DNA of 64,000 nucleotides, taken from positions 32,001-96,000 of IMG/VR virus record IMGVR_UViG_3300021594_000641. One strand, given 5' to 3'. The DNA is from a virus. The notes below the pieces were generated by a model, which worked only from the letters and a program-made list of their open reading frames with translations, made no database searches and was not told the origin of the DNA. Shown in pieces: positions 50,531-59,006 of the stretch (position 1 is the stretch's first letter; the number at the start of each line of letters is the position of its first letter). The position numbers and the translations under genes were made by a program.

Positions 50531-53410
50531 TCAATCGGCTGTATCTGACAGGTCTGCGCTGAACCCTTCGTCAGGGAATGGCTCAACAGTCTTTTGCTTG
50601 AGGAACAAGACCACATCCCCTACGGCTTCAAAAGCATTCCTGAGAGATTCTTCCAACTCAGGCATGTCTTTCTTTCCGTAGCGATCTTGCATCTCGTCTC
50701 CGTGCCAGTAGAAGGAGAACATAATTCTGCCAATTCTGTCCAGGCCCTTCATCAGATCACCGAGGTGCTGATCTATCATGCTATCACTTCTTACGTTTTT
50801 AAGAAGTGAACCCATCATAGCAGTATCAAACACTTCTTTTTGCCCAGACTGTGCGGCGTTGTAGCCGATAGCCATAGTCTTGGGGTCAGGAAGCCTTGGG
50901 TCATAAAGCTGTTCGTTACCAACCAGCTGGCTGGAAGACGGCATGACAGGCAGAGCTTCTTGCTGGGGATACAGCGACTGAACGCTGCCCAACATTGTCT
51001 GCTCTAGGCCTGAAGGAGGAGAGGGGAAAGGAGGAACGCTGGTTGTTCCGCCCATTCTTGGATCGATAGGATCTCCAGGAGCAGCTTCCTTTACTAAGGT
51101 TTCAAGCCACTCAGGAGGAGATACCACAAAGTCCACAGACTTTTTGGCAGCCGCCTTTTCAATTATGGCTCTTGCCTGCTTTTCCCTTAGAGACCAGTCG
51201 CGAACAAGGTGAATGACTGCTGTCTTTGGTGTAAGCCTTACGTCATTAACAAGAACTTCCGTTCCGTTATGCTTGACGTTAAGAGAAGCTGTCTTTTCGT
51301 AGATGGCCTTCTGAAGGTCAAGAAGATTGCCATAGGCTACTGGAGACTTCTCGCTACGGTCAGCGTGATGGTCTCCAGGCTCTTCTAGCTTGATTACCTT
51401 AAAGCCCTCAGGAACATAAACTTCGTTGTTCATGTTCCTGAGCCGACCGCCGGTCTTATTGGTCAGGTGTAGGATGGATGAGCATCCGCAACCCCAGCCA
51501 ATATTGTGACCGTCGCGTCCATAACCCCAATAGCTGTCCTTGTTTCCTTCCATCTTTGGAAGATAGCCAGGACGATCTGTTGAGGCGTAGTCCATAAAGT
51601 GGACTTTGAAAGAAGCGCCAGCGTCGTCTTCTTCAAGTTTCTCCACAACCCTGAAAGGAAGCGTTCCTTCCCTTCCATGGCAGAAGATTATGTAGCAGCC
51701 GTCTTCCTTTAGGGCAGATGGCTTGGCTTCTGGAAGACTTTCGCACAATTTAACGCAATCGTCTTCCTGAGTCTCTCTTTCACGAGACCAGAGATGACCA
51801 GCGTGAATGTTTGTCCATGACTTCTTTTCATCGTCTAGGTCTACGATGGTAGCAAAGTTGGCTGTTCCCTTAGGACCTACTGGTCCGTGGATAACCAAAG
51901 ACTTGCAGAAAGAAGATGGGCGGCAAAGTATGTCATAAACGCCAGTTTGAGGAGGATTGGTTAGCTTCAGAGGCGTTTGAACCTCGTAAGCTATTCCGGT
52001 CTCTGGCCTTTCGTCACGGATCGAGAATCCTTCAGACAAGATTTTTTCTTTTTCCTTGTCAGTAGGCTCAAAAGCCACACCGCGCTGCACCACGGTCTTC
52101 ATAGTAAGTACAGCTACAGTGCCTGCCTTCTTGGTCATGTCGCCATTCTTGGCTTCAAGAACTCCCTTGCCGGCAGTTGGAGACTTCTGCTTTGGCTTCT
52201 TTTTCTTATCGATACTTTCCATCATTTCCTGGAAAGGACCTTTCTTGGCTGCTCCTTCCTTGTAGTATTCGTCGTCATCGTCTCTACGACGCCTTTTGGA
52301 AGTAAGCGCGTTGTAAAGAGCGTAAGCTCCGCCTAGGCCTAGACCTACGGCTGGAATTCTAAATCCTTGAGGTATGTAGTTCAGACCTGGGATAACTCCA
52401 GCGTAATCTTCTACAGCGTTGTAGCCAGATACGATAGGGTCGTACCAGTTTTCTTGTTTTTTTGCGGGCGGCGGAGGAGCAACTTTTGGCTCTTCAGCCT
52501 TTGGCTGATTAACTGCCTTAGGTTGTTTTGGTCCAGTCAATGGGTTAGCGACAGAGCTAGTTAAAGCTCCTAGAGGGCCTGCGGAGCTAGCTCCTACTAA
52601 GCTGGCAGCCTGATTAGCACGCGCCTTATTGACTGCATCTATAGAAACAAGTCCAGTATTGTTTGAATGATCGGCGGCTTCCTTGACAGCTTCTTTTAGC
52701 TCGCTGCTTTTATAAAACTTGCCGATAGAGTCCATGATGGCTGGATACTTTTCCATGCCGTCTAGAAGGGCCAGTACCGTTTCTTTTCCGGCAGCCTTCA
52801 AAAAGCCAGGCAAGTCTTTTATACCTTCGTACTTGCTGTCATTCAGAGGATTGCTGGTGGCAAAATGGGCAAAAGCAATCTTTCCGTCCAACATGCTTCC
52901 ACGATTGTCAGAAGCAAACTTGGCTGGAGGCCTTGAAAATGCCTGCAGGTCTGGAGATAGAACGCCTAGAGCCTGAAGGTTTCTGTTTGTCTCGCTGCCA
53001 AGGCTCATAGGCTTGCGGCGAAGAATATAGTTCAGCCAGTTTTCCTTTAGAGGAACGAACTGATCCTGATCTTTGATATACAGAAGCTCCGTTCCCTTTA
53101 GATCGCCGTTTAGAAAGAAGACTGGGCAGTATAGCCACTGAGAACCAATCTTAAATCCAAATACGCCAACGGCTTTAGTGTTGTCGTCATTTCTGTCCAT
53201 CAGCTGGAAGCCAACTTCGTAATCAAGCAACGAAGGTGCTTTGTCCTTGATGAACGCATGAGCCAAGTTGCTAAAAGCTTGCTCAAACTGCGTATCGTTA
53301 CCGTCGCCGCCAAGAGCTGCAGACTTTTCGCTGCCCCAACCGGCAAGGTATTCGCGCATTAGTGAACGGCATTCTTTTAGATGCTGTAGAGTCTTGCTAG
53401 ACATCGACAT
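50531..53410 (-). CDS. Large KxA-punctuated head-associated protein with an internal Pro-rich/TM cassette
   Basis: 959 aa, GAGGTG RBS; multiple KxA sites; internal GLGLGGAYALYNAL-KRRRR segment. Confidence 0.6.
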   Translation of the reverse strand: MSMSSKTLQHLKECRSLMREYLAGWGSEKSAALGGDGNDTQFEQAFSNLAHAFIKDKAPSLLDYEVGFQLMDRNDDNTKAVGVFGFKIGSQWLYCPVFFLNGDLKGTELLYIKDQDQFVPLKENWLNYILRRKPMSLGSETNRNLQALGVLSPDLQAFSRPPAKFASDNRGSMLDGKIAFAHFATSNPLNDSKYEGIKDLPGFLKAAGKETVLALLDGMEKYPAIMDSIGKFYKSSELKEAVKEAADHSNNTGLVSIDAVNKARANQAASLVGASSAGPLGALTSSVANPLTGPKQPKAVNQPKAEEPKVAPPPPAKKQENWYDPIVSGYNAVEDYAGVIPGLNYIPQGFRIPAVGLGLGGAYALYNALTSKRRRRDDDDEYYKEGAAKKGPFQEMMESIDKKKKPKQKSPTAGKGVLEAKNGDMTKKAGTVAVLTMKTVVQRGVAFEPTDKEKEKILSEGFSIRDERPETGIAYEVQTPLKLTNPPQTGVYDILCRPSSFCKSLVIHGPVGPKGTANFATIVDLDDEKKSWTNIHAGHLWSRERETQEDDCVKLCESLPEAKPSALKEDGCYIIFCHGREGTLPFRVVEKLEEDDAGASFKVHFMDYASTDRPGYLPKMEGNKDSYWGYGRDGHNIGWGCGCSSILHLTNKTGGRLRNMNNEVYVPEGFKVIKLEEPGDHHADRSEKSPVAYGNLLDLQKAIYEKTASLNVKHNGTEVLVNDVRLTPKTAVIHLVRDWSLREKQARAIIEKAAAKKSVDFVVSPPEWLETLVKEAAPGDPIDPRMGGTTSVPPFPSPPSGLEQTMLGSVQSLYPQQEALPVMPSSSQLVGNEQLYDPRLPDPKTMAIGYNAAQSGQKEVFDTAMMGSLLKNVRSDSMIDQHLGDLMKGLDRIGRIMFSFYWHGDEMQDRYGKKDMPELEESLRNAFEAVGDVVLFLKQKTVEPFPDEGFSADLSDTAD

Positions 53411-53476
53411 GAGACACCTCTCTGGCTGCTGCTATCGAAATTATGTCACGTTGTCTAAAATGAATCAATTACAATG

Positions 53477-54007
53477 CTATTTACCAGGCTTTTGGCCGTG
53501 CCACCAGTTGCTAATATAACCTTTGGCTTGATTGAAGGCTGGTTGAACATAGTTGTTAGCAATGTATTTATTAGTCATATCTGTTTTAATTTTGTTAAAT
53601 TGACCACTTATATTGTTAGCTAAGTTTTCATAAGCTGGACCGCCTAAAGACTTAGCGTCTTCTCCGCCTCTAAGCGCCAGATTAGCTAAAGCTCCAACTC
53701 CAGCCAAGCCTCCAACAGAACCTACAGCTTTAAATATTGGAGAACCTAGACTAGCTACCAACCCGTAGGCATTTTCTGGATTCATGTAATTACTCAAAGC
53801 CCAAGGAGGTGTTCCTGGAGGCGGAGTATACTTTGGCTGAGCTGGCTGTTGCGGCTGAGCTGGAGCCGCCGGAGCTGTAGGCTTTTGAATTGGTTTAGCT
53901 GTTTGATTTGCAGCGTCCAGCATTGGATTGCCGCCAGCTGGTTGCTGTAAGGCAGACTTTACAAAGCTAATTGCAGCCTTTTGAGCTAATAGCTGTGCTA
54001 TCCGCAT
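53477..54007 (-). CDS. KxA-leader, Pro/Gln-rich protein with a glycine-zipper segment
   Basis: AQKAA and VKSA, then a PAAPAQPQQPAQP tract and VGSVGGLAGVGALANLAL. Confidence 0.55.
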   Translation of the reverse strand: MRIAQLLAQKAAISFVKSALQQPAGGNPMLDAANQTAKPIQKPTAPAAPAQPQQPAQPKYTPPPGTPPWALSNYMNPENAYGLVASLGSPIFKAVGSVGGLAGVGALANLALRGGEDAKSLGGPAYENLANNISGQFNKIKTDMTNKYIANNYVQPAFNQAKGYISNWWHGQKPGK

Positions 54008-54015
54008 GTCTCACC

Positions 54016-55506
54016 TTAAGAATGATGGCTTCCAACTTGTTTTAGGATTTCTCTGAACTTGTTGTTCAGGTCTTCCTTTTCTCTAGCTATTCCTTCTATT
54101 ATCTCATCGCCAGTTCTATATTTTTTAGCTCCAAGCATTTTAGAGAAGAAGCTGGGCTCTTCAGCCTGACTTATATACTTTTGTATAATAACGTCTTTCA
54201 GCTCTTCAGGTAAACCTACGTGAGAATCGAACCTTAGGCCTCTTCCTTTAGCCTGTTGAGTTCTCGACTCATGGAAGTGAGGGTCAAGTATTTGTATAAG
54301 ACTGGTGCCCTTGGTGCTTAAACCTTCTGCTCCAGCGGGACCAATCAATAAAGCTCTTAATTTACCAGCGTTGTAAGCATCTACGGCTTTCTTACGCTCT
54401 CTTTCCTTTACTCCTCCATGGAAAAACCCGTAAGGAATTTTCTCTTTGGCTAGAGCCGCAGCGTATGGGTCTAATCCTGCGCCTATATAGTTAGAGTATA
54501 TCAAAGCTTTTTTACGCTTATCTTCTTGTAGAACTTGTTTTAAGTTTTTTAAAGCTTCAGTCAACTTACCTGACTGCTGGAAAGACTTTATAAGATTCTT
54601 GTCTGCTCTAAACGGCGAAGTAGACAGACCTACTTGTCTAAGACCTGTCATGAAGCTGTTCAGCCTCTTTGACTCTTCTGCAGATAGGGGAAACTCTCTG
54701 TCTAGTTTCCATAAAAACTTAAGAGGAATCTTTTCCCTGATAGCGCTTTGAATTCTTTGCTGTTCTTGAGTTAGAGGAACTTTTATTAGCTGCTCGTTTA
54801 TGCTGACGCCTTCTGGAAGCTTTCCTGGCTGGTAATCAACTTTATTTTCAAGAAGCTTACGAAGTATGTGTTCGTTTCTTATTGTTTCTCTTTCGCCTGG
54901 CATGATGCCTCTAAGTTTGGCGAAGAAACCTGGGTCTACTCTTTTCTTTCGTATAAAAGCTTTGTTGAAATCTTCAGGATCTATCTTGAAACCGGTAAGC
55001 ATTGATAGCGGAGTAGCCAAATCAGATGGTTCGTTGACTATTGGAGACCCAGACAAGAGCATCAGCTGATTGGCTCTATTAGCGGCTCTGGCTATAGCCT
55101 CAGTTGCGGCTGAAGTTGGGCTTCTGAGCCTATGCGCTTCATCTACGATTATTGTTTTAGGAGGCTGTTTGAACTTTTTGCCTAAAGCCGCGCCTGTGTA
55201 AGAGAGTATTTCAGGCTCGCTACCGGTGGTGAATCTGTCTACTTCTTTCTGGAAGTTTTCTCTTAGGCTTGCTGGGGCTATTACGCCGTAATCGTCACCG
55301 AATTTCTTTTTGGCGGCTTCGGCTGCAAGTATTGAAGCTAAAGTTTTGCCGGTTCCTAAGCCGTGGTAGACCAACATCTTAGGACTTTTTGTAACTAATT
55401 TCTTAGCGACTCTAAGCTGATGAGCCTGAGGAATTACCTCAGGCTTCATCTCCGCGCTCTTCCCAATCTCTGAGAAGAGCGCTATTAGCTTGGAGTATTG
55501 ATTCAT
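54016..55506 (-). CDS. SF2 SNF2-family helicase/ATPase (NPH-I/D11-like)
   Basis: Motif I YHGLGTGKT, II IIVDEAH, III LSGSP, V GAEGLS, VI QQAKGRGLRFDSH; 18-aa leader ending GKSA. Confidence 0.9.
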   Translation of the reverse strand: MNQYSKLIALFSEIGKSAEMKPEVIPQAHQLRVAKKLVTKSPKMLVYHGLGTGKTLASILAAEAAKKKFGDDYGVIAPASLRENFQKEVDRFTTGSEPEILSYTGAALGKKFKQPPKTIIVDEAHRLRSPTSAATEAIARAANRANQLMLLSGSPIVNEPSDLATPLSMLTGFKIDPEDFNKAFIRKKRVDPGFFAKLRGIMPGERETIRNEHILRKLLENKVDYQPGKLPEGVSINEQLIKVPLTQEQQRIQSAIREKIPLKFLWKLDREFPLSAEESKRLNSFMTGLRQVGLSTSPFRADKNLIKSFQQSGKLTEALKNLKQVLQEDKRKKALIYSNYIGAGLDPYAAALAKEKIPYGFFHGGVKERERKKAVDAYNAGKLRALLIGPAGAEGLSTKGTSLIQILDPHFHESRTQQAKGRGLRFDSHVGLPEELKDVIIQKYISQAEEPSFFSKMLGAKKYRTGDEIIEGIAREKEDLNNKFREILKQVGSHHS

Positions 55507-55512
55507 CTGTGA

Positions 55513-56445
55513 TTACTTCTTCTTTGGAAGATTGTCCATCACATCGATCTTGGAATAAGGCTTCTTTGAGCTCTTATCCTTGTAGTTCATACCCTCTGAC
55601 CCGCAAGAAGAAGCGGCTTGCTTGAGGGTGTTGAGCATCCTTATTACTCTGTACTTCCTGTCTAGGCTTTCTTTTACGCTAGCCGTAGTTGTTTTAAACT
55701 CAGACTTTCCACTTTCAGTGTTTTTAGTCTGAGCCTTTGAAGTATCTTCTTTAGGCTTGGCTGCTTCAGGCTTGGGAGCTTCAGCCGCAGGTGGTTTAGC
55801 TGGAGAAGAAACATCTCCTCCGGCTATTGCGTTACCTACGTTTGTACCCCTACGCTTTACTTCTTTAAAATTAGCTTTTGCGTTATCTAAAGCTTTAGAC
55901 CCAAGTTCTTGAATTTTGCTCAATCCCTGAGTTGCTAATTCTTTTCCTTTTCCGTAGCTGGAATCTGCAAACTGCCCTGGAACTCTTGTCGCATAGCCTA
56001 GGTAACCGCCTAAGCCTTTTGCTCCTCGGGCAGCAGCAGCGTGCCTGCTTTTCTGTTGTTCTAGAAGACCTGGTAGCTCAGATATTTGTTCAGGAGAAAG
56101 CCCACCTTGTTCAAGAGCCTCTTGATATTTTTTTAGATCTGCTTCTGTAGGCTCTTGCCCCATCATCGACAATTCTGTGGCTCCGCCTAAAAGGCCCGCG
56201 CCCGCAGTGCCGCCAAGTAGCCCATACAGAAGAGCATTACGTAAACGGTTCTTCTTTGATAGCGCTAGACCGCCTAGACCGCCCAAAGCCAGTCCAGGAA
56301 CGCCGCCAGCAATTGCTGAAGCGACAGTCGGGTCTAGGTTAGAGGTACTTATCTCTTTTGGATCTACTATCGTGGATAGATCTCCTTCGGCAGCCAATTT
56401 CTTTAGTGCGGCGGCTTTCAGGCTAAGCTCTGTCAAATTGCTCAT
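55513..56445 (-). CDS. KxA-leader glycine-zipper protein (paralogous hairpin to 46268..47749)
   Basis: LKAAALKKLAA, then GGVPGLALGGLGGLAL-SKKNR-NALLYGLLGGTAGAGLLGG. Confidence 0.55.
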   Translation of the reverse strand: MSNLTELSLKAAALKKLAAEGDLSTIVDPKEISTSNLDPTVASAIAGGVPGLALGGLGGLALSKKNRLRNALLYGLLGGTAGAGLLGGATELSMMGQEPTEADLKKYQEALEQGGLSPEQISELPGLLEQQKSRHAAAARGAKGLGGYLGYATRVPGQFADSSYGKGKELATQGLSKIQELGSKALDNAKANFKEVKRRGTNVGNAIAGGDVSSPAKPPAAEAPKPEAAKPKEDTSKAQTKNTESGKSEFKTTTASVKESLDRKYRVIRMLNTLKQAASSCGSEGMNYKDKSSKKPYSKIDVMDNLPKKK

Positions 56446-56495
56446 GATACACCTCGGTGTGGGTCTTGAAATAAATACTATCGTAACTGTTACCT

Positions 56496-59006
56496 TTATG
56501 CTAGCTCTTCGTCAGCATCTTCCTTTTTCTTACGCCTATCTTCTTTTAACTTAGTTAAATAGTCATATAGCTTATATATACCGTAAGCACCGCCGCCAAG
56601 AGCGGCTGTTGCGCCCAAGCCTTGAACCCATGGAGCAACCTTGTGAGAAGTGGCAGTAATATTGCCAGGCTGCTCAAGAGCCTTGACTATACCCATGTAC
56701 AAAGGCCCGATTGTCGCAGGGTTAACCCCCTGGTGAGGCTGAGCAGCTGACATGGCGTGAGCAGCGGCAGCCGTTGTCGGATCTTTTGTCAGAGCTTCGT
56801 AAATAAGCTTGGATTGTTCCCTGTCTGGAGTTGGATGGGCTTTCTGTACATCCTGCACTATCTGATGCATCCTGCTCATGGTGTCCACGACGCCCTGACG
56901 CCCAGATCCGTATCCTAGAAGCCTTTGCATAGCTGCGTTTTGCTTTGAGGCGGCTTCTGGAGTAGCGGCTGACTGCGCAAAAGCCGATTCTATGTCTTGT
57001 CTTTCTGCATCCGAAAGACTGGCTTTGCGCTTGCTGATCAAATCAAACAGTTTTTCAGCTGTGGCTTTGCTCTGAAGCCTGTTGTACTTGGTATCTTTTG
57101 AGAAGAATCGCATGGGGTTGGCGTGAGCCAAGTATCCGCCGAGTGTAGCTTCTTCTTCTGGCTTGTCTGTGCTCTTTAGCTCTGCCTGCGGAGCTATGAT
57201 GCCGGTAAGTTCTTCAATCCAGTCTTTCTTGTACTTATCCTCAGGCGAAATATTCTTATCAAAGTCAGGCTGGGGATAAGTAGGCTTTCTATTCATGCCA
57301 GCTCGAGATTTAATCTCTACTGTGGCTATTCTTTTGATCAAGTCTTCAAGAGGGTTAACTCCTTCTACAGTTTGCTGCATAAAAGCTGAAGACGGGTCTT
57401 TAGCGTAATAGTTGTAGTGAGAATAATGCCCGCCTTCTGGCTGAGGAACTCCTTCTCTTGTCTCTAGCTTGGGCTGTCCGTGAGTTTGAACTCCCTGAGC
57501 GCGTAGAGCTTCAAGAATATTCTTTCTCTGAGTGTTCAGCTCTGCGCTGCCTGGCTTGTTTACATCTTTGAACAAAGGTTCAAGAAAAGCGGAGGCAGCT
57601 TCTGGAGTTATGCCCCTAGCCTTAGCTAGTTCTTGTACAGCAAAGTCTTTCTTTGTTTCTATATCCCGGAATCTTTCGTCAAAATCTCTTCTACCTAGAT
57701 AGTTGGTGCCAGGAATTCTCTCCCATTCACCTTTTGAGTTCTTTCTGTACTCTGATCCCTCTGTTCCTGGCCTTGGAGGAGGTCCTCCAACATTCATAAG
57801 CGGCCCAACCCAGTTTTCATTACGCGGGCTACGCATCCAGTTCATTATGTCTAAGGCTTTTGTGTTGCCATAAGCTATTGTCGGCAATAGGTTATTGGCT
57901 TCTCTGATATATGCAAGCTGGGCTGTAAGCTTGTCTGGTGCGCTGAACAAATCTTTTACAGCTTCTGATCCGGCTCCAAACCCTTTTGTTCTACCTGGGT
58001 TTAAATCCCTAAGTTTGAAATTAGGCATTACCTGTATGGCGTCTTGCTTAGCATCATGCTCTCTTTTCATTCTCTCTATGACAGCTTTCTCTTCTGGCGT
58101 AGCTCCGCCTCTTAGAGAGCTTGAAAGAATGCCAAACCATCCTGGTCTTTCATCTTTTGGTAGGTTTCCGCGCAACTCGGCTCTAGCAGAAGCCAAGTCT
58201 ATCTGATTCTGAACGTCCTCAAGGGTCAGATTCCCTAGTTGCCTGAGTTTCGTACCGCCGTATATTCCAGCGGCACCAGCACCACCTAGCAGGGCAGATC
58301 CCAGCAAACCGGCAGTCGGAAATGAGGCTGTCGAGGGTCTTTTCTTTTTTTTAGCGGTCCTGCTGGGTGATTGCCCAATGTCGAGGTACTCTTTACCTTC
58401 TGCATCTTCAAATTGAAGATTTTCTAGCTCTTCACGATTTGCCTGATTAGCCAACAAATCATTTGCTTCTGCATTAAGTTGCCAGTTTTCAAGCTCATTA
58501 AGTCTATTTTTATTTAAATCAGGCAGCTCCGCCTTTTTCTCTGACTCTCTAGTTACTTTCTTCCAGTTCTTTGCTGTTGGGTATCCTTTCTCTCCAGGCT
58601 TTGCTGGAGCTTCTCCACGCTCTTTCTTGGCGTGAATGTTTGCCCAGAGGCCTGGTTTTCCGCCTGCTTCTTTCTGATTTTCTGTCTCAGCTCGCTTACT
58701 AAGAGACTGTAGTATCTCGGCTAGTTTTTCATGAGCGCTGCCACACTTCCATTTACGAAGAGACTTGTTTATTCGGCTATCTGGGTCGTTTGCCGTAGCT
58801 TTTGAAGTTAGCTTGGACTTCATGCCTTTCATTCTGGCGCAGAAGCTATCTTTTCTTGGACCTCCTTCTGGCTGAGGCCTTTTTATGTCATGGCCTTGGG
58901 CTTTTAGGCTCTTACGGCCTTTCTCGTTCAGACCGCCTTCTGGGTTCTTGCCTTCAGAACGCTGCCAAGCTGGTGATGCGGACTTTTCTGTATCTTCAAG
59001 GCTCAT
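56496..59006 (-). CDS. Modular putative polyprotein: two small basic modules plus a large Gly-zipper-flanked domain, separated by KxA sites
   Basis: KSA|SPAWQR..GGLNEKGR..SFCARM..RKWKC; KEA|GGKPGLWANIHAKK..; KKA|; coupled to the RNAP gene by an ATGA overlap. Confidence 0.7.
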   Translation of the reverse strand: MSLEDTEKSASPAWQRSEGKNPEGGLNEKGRKSLKAQGHDIKRPQPEGGPRKDSFCARMKGMKSKLTSKATANDPDSRINKSLRKWKCGSAHEKLAEILQSLSKRAETENQKEAGGKPGLWANIHAKKERGEAPAKPGEKGYPTAKNWKKVTRESEKKAELPDLNKNRLNELENWQLNAEANDLLANQANREELENLQFEDAEGKEYLDIGQSPSRTAKKKKRPSTASFPTAGLLGSALLGGAGAAGIYGGTKLRQLGNLTLEDVQNQIDLASARAELRGNLPKDERPGWFGILSSSLRGGATPEEKAVIERMKREHDAKQDAIQVMPNFKLRDLNPGRTKGFGAGSEAVKDLFSAPDKLTAQLAYIREANNLLPTIAYGNTKALDIMNWMRSPRNENWVGPLMNVGGPPPRPGTEGSEYRKNSKGEWERIPGTNYLGRRDFDERFRDIETKKDFAVQELAKARGITPEAASAFLEPLFKDVNKPGSAELNTQRKNILEALRAQGVQTHGQPKLETREGVPQPEGGHYSHYNYYAKDPSSAFMQQTVEGVNPLEDLIKRIATVEIKSRAGMNRKPTYPQPDFDKNISPEDKYKKDWIEELTGIIAPQAELKSTDKPEEEATLGGYLAHANPMRFFSKDTKYNRLQSKATAEKLFDLISKRKASLSDAERQDIESAFAQSAATPEAASKQNAAMQRLLGYGSGRQGVVDTMSRMHQIVQDVQKAHPTPDREQSKLIYEALTKDPTTAAAAHAMSAAQPHQGVNPATIGPLYMGIVKALEQPGNITATSHKVAPWVQGLGATAALGGGAYGIYKLYDYLTKLKEDRRKKKEDADEELA

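Noticed and set aside
39189-56496. GCATAAAG...TAGTAT shared upstream of 39189 and 56445 as a sigma-28-like promoter
   Set aside because: Spacing differs between the two copies (10 versus 13 nt) and does not fit the FliA consensus; too weak to call.
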